64,000 nucleotides of DNA, taken from assembly GCA_040954595.2 (NCBI GenBank), contig CM082588.2, forward strand, positions 5,654,202 to 5,718,201, given 5' to 3'. Made by a program: the position numbers and the translations under genes. Each line of letters starts with the position of its first letter. Position 1 is the stretch's first letter. This document shows, one piece after another, positions 16,431 through 30,000 of this stretch. The notes below the pieces were generated by a model. It was given only the letters and a program-made list of their open reading frames with translations, did no database searches and was not told the origin of the DNA. The DNA is from Balanoglossus misakiensis. Taxonomy: Eukaryota > Animalia > Hemichordata.

Positions 16431-19400
16431 ACGACAATGTCAGAGGCACTGACATATGGGACGATCAGGGCACGGCAAGCTCAACAGACACACACATTAT
16501 GACATAGGATGTCAGAGGCACTGACATTTGGGACAACAGGCACAATGTCAGAGGCACTGACATATGGGACAATCAGGGCACGGCAAGCTCAACAGACACA
16601 CACATTATGATATAGGATGTCAGAGGCACTGACATTTGGGACAACAGGCACAATGTCAGAGGCACTGACATATGGGACGATCAGGGCACGGCAAGCTAAA
16701 CAGACACACACATTATGACATAGGATGTCAGAGGCACTGACATATAGGACAACAGGCACAATGTCAGAGGCACTGACATATGGGATGATCAGGGCACGGC
16801 AAGCTAAACAGACACACACATTATGACATAGGATGTCAGAGGCACTGACATATGGGACAACAGGCACAATGTCAGAGGCACTGACATATGGGACGATCAG
16901 GGCACGGCAAGCTAAACAGACACACACATTATGACATAGGATGTCAGAGGCACTGACATATAGGACAACAGGCACAATGTCAGAGGCACTGACAATTGGG
17001 ACGACCATGGCACGGCAAGCTAAACAGACACACAAATTATGACAATTGGGACGGCAGGCACAATGTCAGAGGCACTGACATATGGGATGATCAGGGCACG
17101 GCAAGCTAAACAGACACACACATTATGACATGGGACGGCAGGCACAATGTCAGAGGCACTGACAATTGGGACGGCAGGCACAATGTCAGAGGCACTGACA
17201 ATTGGGACGGCAGGCACAATGTCAGAGGCACTGACAATTGGGACGACCATGGCACGGCAAGCTAAACAGACACACACATTATGACATGGGACGGCAGGCA
17301 CAATGTCAGCTGAGGCACTGACATATGGGACAACAGGCACAATGTCAGAGGCACTGACATATGGGACGATCAGGGCACGGCAAGCTAAACAGACACACAC
17401 ATTATGACATGGGACGGCAGGCACAATGTCAGAGGCACTGACAATTGGGACGGCAGGCACAATGTCAGAGGCACTGACAATTGGGACGACGGGCACAATG
17501 TCAGAGGCACTGACATATGGGACGACTGAACACACGTGTTGTGTTGATGTGCTCAGAGTTTAGCTATATAGCATTTCATCACTGCACATCAATGTCAGAG
17601 GCACTGACAATTGGGACGGCAGGCACAATGTCAGAGGCACTGACAATTGGGACGGCAGGCACAATGTCAGAGGCACTGACAATTGGGACGACGGGCACAA
17701 TGTCAGAGGCACTGACATATGGGACGACTGAACACACGTGTTGTGTTGATGTGCTCAGAGTTTAGCTATATAGCATTTCATCACTGCACATCAATGTCAG
17801 AGGCACTGACATTTGGGACAACAGGCACAATGTCAGAGGCACTGACATATGGGACGATCAGGGCACGGCAAGCTAAACAGACACACACATTATGACATAG
17901 GATGTCAGAGGCACTGACATATGGGACAACAGGCACAATGTCAGAGGCACTGACAATTGGGACGACCATGGCACGGCAAGCTAAACAGACACACAAATTA
18001 TGACAATTGGGACGGCAGGCACAATGTCAGAGGCACTGACATATGGGACGATCAGGGCACGGCAAGCTAAACAGACACACAAATTATGACAATTGGGACG
18101 GCAGGCACAATGTCAGAGGCACTGACAATTGGGACGACCATGGCACGGCAAGCTAAACAGACACACAAATTATGACAATTGGGACGGCAGGCACAATGTC
18201 AGAGGCACTGACAATTGGGACGGCAGGCACAATGTCAGAGGCACTGACAATTGGGACGACCATGGCACGGCAAGCTAAACAGACACACACATTATGACAT
18301 GGGACGGCAGGCACAATGTCAGCTGAGGCACTGACATATGGGACAACAGGCACAATGTCAGAGGCACTGACATATGGGACGACGGGCACAATGTCAGAGG
18401 CACTGACAAATGGGACGACTGAACACACGTGTTGTGTTGATGTGCTCAGAGTTTAGCTATATACTATTTCATCACTGCACATCAATGTCAGAGGCACTGA
18501 CATTTGGGACGACAGGCACAATGTCAGAGGCACTGACATATGGGACGACCAGGGCACGGCAAGCTCAACAGACACACACATTAATGCAGAGGCACTGACA
18601 ATTGAGACGACAGGCACAATGTCAGAGGCACTGACAATTGGGACAACAGGCACAATGTCAGAGGCACTGACAATTGGGACGACCATGGCACGGCAAGCTA
18701 AACAGACACACAAATTATGACAATTGGGACGGCAGGCACAATGTCAGAGGCACTGACAATTGGGACGACCATGGCACGGCAAGCTAAACAGACACACACA
18801 TTATGACATGGGACGGCAGGCACAATGTCAGCTGAGGCACTGACATATGGGACAACAGGCACAATGTCAGAGGCACTGACATATGGGACGATCAGGGCAC
18901 GGCAAGCTAAACAGACACACACATTATGACATGGGACGGCAGGCACAATGTCAGAGGCACTGACAATTGGGACGGCAGGCACAATGTCAGAGGCACTGAC
19001 AATTGGGACGACGGGCACAATGTCAGAGGCACTGACATATGGGACGACTGAACACACGTGTTGTGTTGATGTGCTCAGAGTTTAGCTATATAGCATTTCA
19101 TCACTGCACATCAATGTCAGAGGCACTGACAATTGGGACGGCAGGCACAATGTCAGAGGCACTGACAATTGGGACGGCAGGCACAATGTCAGAGGCACTG
19201 ACAATTGGGACAACGGGCACAATGTCAGAGGCACTGACATATGGGATGACTGAACACACGTGTTGTGTTGATGTGCTCAGAGTTTAGCTATATAGCATTT
19301 CATCACTGCACATCAATGTCAGAGGCACTGACATTTGGGACAACAGGCACAATGTCAGAGGCACTGACATATGGGACGATCAGGGCAAGGCAAGCTAAAC

Positions 19401-20990
19401 AGACACACACATTATGACATAGGATGTCAGAGGCACTGACATATGGGACAACAGGCACAATGTCAGAGGCACTGACAATTGGGACGACCATGGCACGGCA
19501 AGCTAAACAGACACACAAATTATGACAATTGGGACGGCAGGCACAATGTCAGAGGCACTGACATATGGGACGATCAGGGCACGGCAAGCTAAACAGACAC
19601 ACACATTATGACATGGGACGGCAGGCACAATGTCAGAGGCACTGACAATTGGGACGGCAGGCACAATGTCAGAGGCACTGACAATTGGGACGACCATGGC
19701 ACGGCAAGCTAAACAGACACACACATTATGACATGGGACGGCAGGCACAATGTCAGCTGAGGCACTGACATATGGGACAACAGGCACAATGTCAGAGGCA
19801 CTGACATATGGGACGACGGGCACAATGTCAGAGGCACTGACATATGGGACGACTGAACACACGTGTTGTGTTGATGTGCTCAGAGTTTAGCTATATAGCA
19901 TTTCATCACTGCACATCAATGTCAGAGGCACTGACATTTGGGACGACAGGCACAATGTCAGAGGCACTGACATATGGGACGACCAGGGCACGGCAAGCTC
20001 AACAGACACACACATTAATGCAGAGGCACTGACAATTGAGACGACAGGCACAATGTCAGAGGCACTGACAATTGGGACAACAGGCACAATGTCAGAGGCA
20101 CTGACAATTGGGACGACCATGGCACGGCAAGCTAAACAGACACACAAATTATGACAATTGGGACGGCAGGCACAATGTCAGAGGCACTGACATATGGGAC
20201 AACAGGCACAATGTCAGAGGCACTGACATATGGGACGATCAGGGCACGGCAAGCTAAACAGACACACACATTATGACATGGGACGGCAGGCACAATGTCA
20301 GAGGCACTGACAATTGGGACAACAGGCACAATGTCAGAGGCACTGACAGTGGGACGACCATGGCACGGCAAGCTAAACAGACACACACATTATGACATGG
20401 GACGGCAGGCACAATGTCAGAGGCACTGACAATTGGGACGGCAGGCACAATGTCAGAGGCACTGACAATTGGGACGACGGGCACAATGTCAGAGGCACTG
20501 ACATATGGGACGACTGAACACACGTGTTGTGTTGATGTGCTCAGAGTTTAGCTATATAGCATTTCATCACTGCACATCAATGTCAGAGGCACTGACAATT
20601 GGGACGACAGGCACAATGTCAGAGGCACTGACATTTGGGACGACAGGCACAATGTCAGAGGCACTGACATATGGGACGACCAGGGCACGGCAAGCTCAAC
20701 AGACACACACATTAATGCAGAGGCACTGACAATTGAGACGACAGGCACAATGTCAGAGGCACTGACATATGGGACGGCAGGCACAATGTCAGAGGCACTG
20801 ACATATGGGACGACCAGGGCACGGCAAGCTCAACAGACACACACATTATGTCAGAGGCACTGACAATTGGGACGACAGGCACAATGTCAGAGGCACTGAC
20901 ATATGGGATGGCAGGCACAATGTCAGAGGCACTGACATATGGGACGGCAGGTACAATGTCAGAGGCACTGACATTTGGGACGACGGGCAC
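16431..20990. repeat. Complex minisatellite: 33-bp core unit with two interspersed modules and higher-order duplication
   Basis: Core GGCACAATGTCAGAGGCACTGACA(TAT/ATT)GGGACG(A/G)CA is repeated across ~4.5 kb. Module A (GGCACGGCAAGCTAAACAGACACACACATTATGAC) recurs frequently. Module B (TGAACACACGTGTTGTGTTGATGTGC...GCACATCAA) starts at ~17527, 17729, 18420, 19049, 19251, 19854 and 20515. Confidence 0.97.
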
Positions 20991-21716
20991 TGGTCGCGGT
21001 TAGTATATTCCGGGATACTGAATCATTCAAAGTCACGGCTCAACGCGTCAACATTTACTATACTCGATTGCGGTCAGTATATTCCGGGATACTGAATCAT
21101 TCGAAGTCATGGCTCAATGCGTCTACTGATTTACTATACCCGATCACGGTGAGTATATTCCGGGATACTGAATCATTCAAAGTCACGGCTCAACGTGTCA
21201 AGATTTACTACTCGCGATCGCGGTCAGTATATTCCGGGATACTGAATCATTCAAAGTCACGGCTCAACGTGTCAAGATTTACTACTCCTGATCGCGGTCA
21301 GTATATTCCGGGATACTGAATCATTCAAAGTCACGGCTCAACGCGTCAACATTTACTATTCCCGATCGCGGTCAGTATATTCCGAGATACTGACTCATTC
21401 GAAGTCACGGCTCAATGCGTCAACATTTACTACAATGTATACCCGATCGCAGTCAGTATATTCCGGGATACTGAATCATTCGAAGTCACAGCTCAAAGCG
21501 TCAACATTTACTATACCCGATCGCGGTCAGTATATTCCGGGATACTGAATCATTCAAAGTCACGGCTCAACGCGTCAACATTTACTATTCCCGATCGCGG
21601 TCAGTATATTCCGGGATACTGAATCATTCGAAGTCACGGCTCAACGTGTCAACATTTACTATACCCGATCGCGGTCAGTATATTCCGGGATACTGAATCA
21701 TTCGAAGTCACGGCTC
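20991..21716. repeat. Tandem array, ~74-bp unit, ~10 copies
   Basis: Unit GCGGTCAGTATATTCCGGGATACTGAATCATTC(A/G)AAGTCACGGCTCAACG(T/C)GTCAACATTTACTATACCCGATC. The AGTATATTCC anchor recurs at about 21002, 21076, 21152, 21226, 21300 and on to 21677. Confidence 0.97.
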
Positions 21717-21717
21717 A

Positions 21718-22762
21718 GCACCATTATCCAGGAAACCACTTGCCCATGAAGTGGGAACCATTACCAGTCAGTTTTCCAGTGGGGAAGTTTTTCACCATCT
21801 AGGAATCACATGCCTATGAAGTGGGAACCATTACCAGTCAGTTTTCCAGTGGAGAAGTTTTTCACCATCCAGGAAATCACTTGCCTATGAAGTGGGAACC
21901 ATTACCAGTCAGTTTTCCAGTGGGGAAGTTTTTCACCATCCAGGAAATCACTTGCCTATGAAGTGGGAACCATTACCAGTCAGTTTTCCAGTGGGGAAGT
22001 TTTTCACCATCCAGGAAATCACTTGCCTATGAAGTGGGAACCATTACCAGTCAGTTTTCCAGTGGGGAAGTTTTTCACCATCTAGGAATCACTTGCCTAT
22101 GAAGTGGGAACCATTACCAGTCAGTTTTCCAGTGGAGAAGTTTTTCACCATCCAGGAAATCACTTGCCTATGAAGTGGGAACCATTACCAGTCAGTTTTC
22201 CAGTGGGGAAGTTTTTCACCATCTAGGAAATCACTTGCCTATGAAGTTGGAACCATTACCAGTCAGTTTTCAGTGGGGAAGTTTTCACCATCCAGGAAAT
22301 CACTTGCCTATGAAGTAGGAACCATTACCAGTCAGTTTTCCAGTGGGGAAGTTTTTCACCATCCAGGAAATCACTTGCCTATGAAGTTGGAACCATTACC
22401 AGTCAGTTTTCCAGTGGGGAAGTTTTTCGCCATCTAGGAAATCACTTGCCTATGAAGTTGGAACCATTACCAGTCAGTTTTCAGTGGGGAAGTTTTTCAC
22501 CATCCAGGAAATCACTTGCCTTTGAAGTGAGAACCATTACCAGTCAGTTTTCCAGTGGGGAAGTTTTTCACCATCTAGGAAATCACTTGCCTATGAAGTT
22601 GGAACCATTACCAGTCAGTTTCCAGTGGGGAAGTTTTTCACCATCTAGGAAATCATTTGCCTATGAAGTTGGAACCATTACCAGTCAGTTTTCCAGTGGA
22701 GAAGTTTTTCACCATCCAGTAAATCTCTTGCCAAAGAAGTGGGAACCATTACCAGTCAGTTT
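21718..22762. repeat. Tandem array, ~71-bp unit, ~14-15 copies
   Basis: Unit CACCATCCAGGAAATCACTTGCCTATGAAGTGGGAACCATTACCAGTCAGTTTTCCAGTGGGGAAGTTTTT. AGGAAATCAC at 21871 and 21942 gives a period of 71. Confidence 0.97.
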
Positions 22763-23511
22763 CAGCATGGTAGATAATCCCTTAATTTTTTTTATAAAAC
22801 CCACATCTTGACCTGGATTAAAATAACCAGGAATACACTTGCCCCAACACTATATTTACTTATACTATACACATGTCACCACACTTGTTTCAGCATGGTG
22901 AATAATCCCTTTTATAAAACCCACACTATTCACTTAAATATTTGATAAAAATTCCCAACAACCTTTACAAGCACCTTTTAAGGTGTTAACACTATATTAC
23001 TTATACTATACATATATGGTACCACACTTGTTTCAGCATGGTGGATAATCCCTTTTTATAAAACCCACACTATACACTTAAACATTTTATGAAAATTCCC
23101 AACAACCTTTACAAGCACCTTTAAAGTGTTAACGCTATATTACTTATACTATACACATATGGTACCACACTTGTTTCAGCATGGTGGATAACCCCTTTTT
23201 ATAAAACCCACACTATACACTTAAATATTTTATGAAAATTCCCAACAACCTTTACAAGCACCCTATAGATGTCAACACTACATTACTTATACTATACACA
23301 TATGGTACCACACTTGTTTCAGCATGGTGGATAACCCCTTTTTATAAAACCCACACTATACACTTAAATATTTTATAAAAAATCCCAAAACAACCTTTAC
23401 AAGCACCTTTTAAAGTGTCAACACCCATATTACTTATACTATACACATATGGTACCACACTTGTTTTTAGTATGGTGGATAATCCCTTTTTATAAAACCC
23501 ACATCTTGACC
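22761..23511. repeat. AT-rich tandem array, ~143-bp unit, ~5 copies
   Basis: TTGTTTCAGCATGGTGGATAA...TTTTATAAAACCCACACTATACACTTAAA...GGTACCACAC recurs at about 22886, 23029, 23171, 23314 and 23461. Confidence 0.93.
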
Positions 23512-23771
23512 TAGCCCCATAGTTAGTTTCTATGAAACCAAACTTTGTGTACATGCTCCCTGTTTTTCAGGAGAATCTACTCTTTACAATGATGTGGCCG
23601 ATTATGACTATTTGCTGGGTCTAAAACTACTGACCAATCACAAAATCGATTGTGTCAAAATGGAGTCTAAACCCCTGATTGGTTGAACCGCAAGAACAAA
23701 AGATACGTCATCACCAGGCGCCGAGCTGTGTTCACTGAGATTCTTCTCTCGTTGGCAACAATTTCTCCCGA

Positions 23772-23878
23772 CATGGCGTTGGTTCTTCGGAACTTGGCAG
23801 CATTTCCCCCGATATGGCGTTCATGGTTCTTCGGAACTTGGCAGCATTTCCCTCGATATGGCGTTGGTTCTTCGGAAG
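23772..23878. repeat. Short tandem repeat, ~41-44 bp, ~2.5 copies
   Basis: ATGGCGTTGGTTCTTCGGAACTTGGCAGCATTTCCC(C/T)CGAT starts at about 23773, 23814 and 23858. Confidence 0.85.
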
Positions 23879-24089
23879 CCCTCAAGGTTAAAATGAAACA
23901 TGACCGATATTAATATGTTGCTCATATCAATTAAAATTAAACTAAGGCCTCGCTCATGCACTGCACTACACGGGACCGCTCGTCGCGGCCTGCCAGATAT
24001 CTCGAATAGTGAAAATATTTTGAATTTAAAAAAAAGAAAAGGAAAAATACGAATACTTCGCTGTGGATATGGACGTAGACGACGGACGA

Positions 24090-24630
24090 CCACGCTATTT
24101 TGGTGACGTAGGCATAAAACCTACACGACGCACACGGACGAATTTAGCGAAGTTTTTCAACAAATACAACAAAAAGCATAATAATTACTTCATATTCCTT
24201 GTCATTTATTTATTTAAGACTTTAAAACGGAAGTTTGAAAATGGAATAAACAATTTTTACACAGAGTCACCTTCACATGTTTGAGGAAGCAGACGACATA
24301 TTTAGCATGTGACGGACGGCACCGTTGAATTGACGTTCTTGGATAAAAATGCGACGACTGTCATAAATACAGTATACCACAATGATGAAAATCTGTAAGC
24401 ACGATAATAATTACCTCATATTCCATAACATTTTTGTAAAACTTTTAAAACGGAAGTTTGGAAATGGAATACAAATTTAGCACAGAGTCAGTTTCACCAG
24501 TTTGGCGACGCAGACGACACTTGACAGGCGACCGAACCATTCACCGAAGTTGAACATAAAAGTCGACGTTTTTGGTAAAAAAAAAAAAGCTAAGTCTTTC
24601 ATAAATACAATGTACCACAGTGACAAAAAT
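24090..24630. repeat. Degenerate ~220-bp tandem duplication
   Basis: TTTAAAACGGAAGTTTG(A/G)AAATGGAATA...CACAGAGTCA...GCAGACGACA occurs at ~24221 and ~24444; TCATAAATACA..TACCACA occurs at ~24361 and ~24599. Confidence 0.7.
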
Positions 24631-25742
24631 ATTCCATCATTCATTGGTCACAATTCCTCGCGAGTTTTCCAAAATCTACAAGTAAACATTTACTTTAGAG
24701 TAGAACAGATATTGACATGTACGTACCTTTCAATCTTCAAGCCGCAACTGACAAGTGCAAACTTTTTATGGGGGAAATGAATATTCATGAAGATATCTCC
24801 TTAATTGGCAGTTCATATACGCGATCATGATCTTATTTGGCCAATCACAACCGTGAATTTGAAAGGGTAAAGCATGATGGACAATCACATTATCCATGCC
24901 CCCTAGCTTGCTGTGCATCATTCCGTGTACTAGGAGTCCTTATTTTTGTGGTGAAAAGTATTGTTTACGATAAATCGATGAATTGCAACATTTGGGTGAC
25001 CTTGAGGTGACCCATGACCTTCTTTCCAATAGCTCTGCATCCTGAGCACAAAGAAGATATCTTGATACATAGGATGGACCACCTAATGGAGTCTAATGCC
25101 TTACCTTATTCACACAACAAGTGAGACACAATTTCAATAAACACAAATGTTTATTTTATTTACATTTTTCTGTTGCTGTTAATTAACAGATTTAAACTAC
25201 AAAAAGTAAACATTGCACCTGTTTTAAAACTCCCTCCAATTTCACAGATCTCGTTCTCACAAACCATCTCTCACTTATGAATAATAAACTATAAGAAGTG
25301 CACAATGTACTTTGTTCTGAATGTATGCCTAATAATAAAATGCAGCCAAATCACTGAAGATAGCCTGATTATATTTTAATCATGATTTCACATGAAATGT
25401 TCACAAAACTATTTATAGCGAGCTTCAACTTCTGATCAGTCAATTCTACGGCAAGAAAGGCTTCTATTCCCAACAATTGCATTTCAATAATTCAATAGAG
25501 CCTATGTACAGTCTTAAAAACTTTCAAAACATATCACATTTTGAAACTGTAAATTATGTACACAGAGATCTGTAATAATACCTACTGCAAATCCACAGTT
25601 ACAACACGATAAAACACCGTTTTTACAAATACAACTACAGAGCGATTTCATATGTACAGAGTGGTGTAAAGTGACTATTTCCATGGGAAATTTTTCTAAA
25701 AACTACAGATTTGCGAGTGTGTATCATCTCGGCTTTTTAAAA

Positions 25743-26037
25743 AGTTTCAATGAAGGGTAATAAGTTTTCTTCTGTGACTGAACACAGACATGACGAAAAT
25801 TTTGGCATTGAATAGTAGATAAGAAATTTTGCATACATATTAAATACTACAATGAATAAAAGAAGTGTTAGTGATGTCAGTACTTTTAGTTTCAATGAAG
25901 GGTAATAAGTTTTCTTCTGTGACTGAATACAGACATGACGAAAATTTTGGCATTGAATAGTAGATAAGAAATTTTGCATACATGTTAAATACTACAATGA
26001 ATAAAAGAAGTGTTAGTGATGTCAGTACTTTTAGTTT
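25743..26037. repeat. Near-perfect 145-bp tandem duplication within the probable LRRK 3'UTR
   Basis: AGTTTCAATGAAGGGTAATAAG...GTCAGTACTTTT starts at 25743 and again at 25888, with only a couple of substitutions. Confidence 0.92.
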
Positions 26038-27032
26038 GGCAAGATGTGGATTTGTGTTTGTACACTTTCCAGGTGTAGACTGCAGACATTTCACCATAGA
26101 CTGTAGAATCCAATCAATGATGAAGTTACACTTTGCTTTTACTCTGGGACAGAAACAAATATCGGAAATGACCTGGTGTGAATTCATATACATGTACGTG
26201 TAATATTAAATTTTGTGACAAGGTTGAAAATGGCACCGATTTGCAACTGACAGATTTGTCACATTGGGCACAATGGCTCATTATGCACCACACTTCGTAG
26301 CTTGTCTTTGAAAAATTGAATATTCCGGTATGCGTAGGATAAGAAGTGTTAAGCACAACCACAAACAGATACGCCAAGCAAGAACCCTTTCAATGCCAAG
26401 AGAAGACGATGTAAAGATATTTACACACACTGACCAAAACTGGGAATGTTGAAGCAACCACCTACACAAACAGCTATACAAATCACAAAAATGTAGTATG
26501 GTCTGGTATGTGGCGGCCATCTTGCTCAGATTCTGGGCAAAAATGGCTGGTACATGACACCACCATAACTCGTGGTTTCTGCTGGAATTCGATGTGACGT
26601 CAAAGAGAAATATCACAGGATTATATATAATCGTACTATATAATCTGATGTACTGAAAGTGTCAGGTTTAAAATCCTTATCCGCTAGCCTCACCCATTCT
26701 CCTGTAAATGTGGGAAAGTCCCATTTCTTCAATGGTAGATCAATCCACTTTTGACTTAAAATAGGGGTTGGCCCATTGCAATGAAGAATTTCAGTTAAAA
26801 ACTTCAAAAAATTATCTGTGGTTTCACTCAGTGAAACGACCCTTGCCTTTCATTGAACACAAAGTAAATACTTCCCGGGTAAATAAAGAATTAGAATATT
26901 GGCCAGGGTATCTTTTTTTCTGTTGTTAAGGTTTCACTACAACATCGCATATGTGTGCACCATGGTACATCCTTACTTTCCTAACTCAGTGTTTATTTAT
27001 TTTCTGTATGCAGGATTTCATAATTCTGAAGT

Positions 27033-30000
27033 CTACATCCAATAGTCGGCATTCCACGCCAACACGTACGTCTCCTCGCCGCTGCCCTGCCGTGACACGG
27101 GCGGCGCGTTGGGATACCGGCCAATCAGATTCTTGTGGCCCCGCCCGATGGTGAGCACCACTGTACTGTCCGGATGTAACCCAGAATCTGATTGGCAGAT
27201 GCCGGGGCGGACCGGTAGGATGGCTTTGATTGGCTGCTCGTGGCAGTGGAACACTGTGTAGGGCGTCATGGTGAATGGCTCAACAACCAACAGCTGGCCC
27301 CAGCTGGTGCCGATGTATAGATGATTGCAAGCATGTGCCATGGCTGTCACGTGGCACTTGTTACCTATAAGCAAATAATAAAATCAACATGTCTGTAAGA
27401 TGTAGCCAGGATGGTAATGTATGAAAATTCATAAAATATGACATGTGTATCATAGTCATTAGCAGTTCCTCAAAAAACCTTGAAAGTGACTATTTTGAAC
27501 CATGGTGGTTTATGATGATGATTTTGTTATTGTTGCTCTTTTTCTTCACACATGATGCATATGTCCACAATTTGTGAAAAGGTGTTTTACAATAATTATT
27601 CAACCTGGTCACTGAAATACCTAATTTGGATTCCACTCAACTCCTCAAGGTTAGATTGGGTTGTTCACTACTTACGTCCTGATCCAGACTTGCCACTTCC
27701 CGGTCTCTTGAGCGACGACGGAGGTTTGGACACTTTGCCGCAGTCCAGTTTGCCGTCGATCGTCCTGTCAACCACGTCCCATCGGTACACACTAGAACCT
27801 GGCCAAAACAACAGAACAAGTTAACAGGCCTACCTCTGGAATACAAAGTCTGACACACACACTGACTATGGCTGTGTTCCATGGATACCAACCCTGAGAC
27901 AGACATATACTGTAGAGTAGTTAATTTACTTTCACTATTTTCGCTGGACTCATTTTCCCCAGTAAAATAAAACCTTAGTGAAAATTCTTTACTAACCTGG
28001 AAAGACATACGTCCACACCGACTGCTCAGCACTGACCTCAGCAGTTAAGGTCGTATCCATGAAAATAGTGCTGTCATTGGTTACCATGTGGTACACGCCG
28101 ACATTTTTACTGGTTGTTGCTGAGGGGTTGAAGTGATTCAGGCCCCTGTGTTTGACCGACAGATCAGCGTTGAGTATGGTGATGTAGCCGTCTGATTGAC
28201 CACACCATATCTCGTAAGTCCTGCAATGATGAATAACAAAGACACACCTTTATTTATAACAAACTTGATAAAACTGGAAATAAATAAACTATTTCTTCAA
28301 GTTCTCTAATGACAGTGATGTTGTTTACCAGATAAAACATCAAACAAGTTACAAATGCCACAGGATCATTCTATTTTGTCCTGATCGCAGGAGTAGTCGA
28401 GCTCTCAGTTATCGCACTTACGCTGGTCTGTCTGTTTGAAATATAGGCACCGCAGACAGGCTGTACGCAGCCTTGCCGAAACCAACGTATTTCCCTCTTG
28501 GCTCCGGAATCCCGTCATTCACAATGAAGGACATGACGGAGCCGTTGCTGACCGCCACCAGGACCTGGTTCAAGCGTGGTATATACTGCATGTACTGTGC
28601 TATGGGTGGTGATCTGGTGCTGCCTCCCTGCGAGAGGGGAAACTTGGCCATCTCCTGGTAGGTGTTGGCACTGTGTTCAAATACAGAAAAATATCATTAT
28701 TATTTTCCCCCCAAAATAAGTGACATAGCAATATGTATAATTAAAGGATACACTCCCTGATGACTTTTTCTTAGTGCAACACAAACAGAGAAACATCCGT
28801 TCAACATACTTGTATATCTGTACATGTCCCGTGGGCAGAGCCACCCAGACAGTGTCGTTGACTGCACAGATGCTCTCCACCGATGTCTTGGGCAGATGGA
28901 ACTGTTCATGATCCATGGTCAGACACCTGTCATTCAGCTTCAAGATGTCTGTATATGTCTTCTCTCTGCCGACCCTGCACAGCCAGACATCATTAGCCGT
29001 GCTGATTGGTAAGGTCATCATTAGATCGTCTTCTTCTGGGATGCTTATTCCTGGAAAATGAGATATTCCGGCACTTTTAGTTGTCTGTTTCAAAGGGAAA
29101 ATTCGTCTCATTTTCCTTGCCTGCTGGCTTGATTTTGAGAGTTTTAAACACACATATGTGTACTCCTCACCATGGACACAAAAACTGCACTCACCATCAA
29201 AATCAAAATTCTCTATATCTTCCATCACTTTGGTGGTCACAATACAAGCAGCCATGATGTCGCCTTTGTACTCCAGGGACACTGACTCAGCCAGGTGGGC
29301 GAACTCTGGTGTGTTGGCCACAGAGAATATCTGAGCTGCTGATGGTCGGTGCTTGGGGTCCTGGGACCAGCACCAAGTCATCAGGTCCAGCACGTAGGTT
29401 GGGTATACCTTCTCCTGGAATGACACATAATAAACACCAGATTGAATGGGGTGGGAAAGTGCATCCTTTGCCATTGCAACCCTCTTTATTGAACCCTCCA
29501 ACCCTGTTTCCCTGTATGTGGGCAAACCGCAACAGTGAACAGAATGGGACTACACCATTTGCTGATGTGAAAAGGTCATATCAGTTTGGTTTGACTACAG
29601 GGTATTTTTAGAATGTAACTTCATCCATACTGTAAATTCTCAAGCTCAGAAAAAGGGGTACACACAGAAATTATCACTACCAGTGAAACATGGACATGTA
29701 GCTTAGAAGAGCAATTAAATATCTGCACCAAAAATATACTTGGAAGTGGAAATACTCACCCTCCTTGTAATGGACGGTCTGATTCCGTCTTTGACGTGTT
29801 GCTGGATTTGTTCAACACCTTCATATGGATGTCTCAATGCAAGCAATTCATACATCAACATACCAAAGGAAAAACAATCAGCCTGCAATGAAGATAAAAT
29901 CAGTGCACATTGTTTTGTCAAATTGTTAGCTGTAACATGATGCCATCCAGAATGAAACACTGGTCACTTGTATCCTTATATAGCATACACCAACACAAAG

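Noticed and set aside
16431-20990. CRISPR array (palindromic ~33-bp repeat with intervening sequences)
   Set aside because: The intervening sequences are reiterated modules rather than unique spacers, many units are directly adjacent, there are no cas genes, and the context is a spliced animal genome.
16589-20990. Repetitive ORFs (VVPIVSASDI / MSEALTIGT repeats) as a real protein
   Set aside because: They are a by-product of a 33-bp (multiple of 3) unit. The frames are repeatedly broken by stops in modules A and B, and there is no splice or start context.
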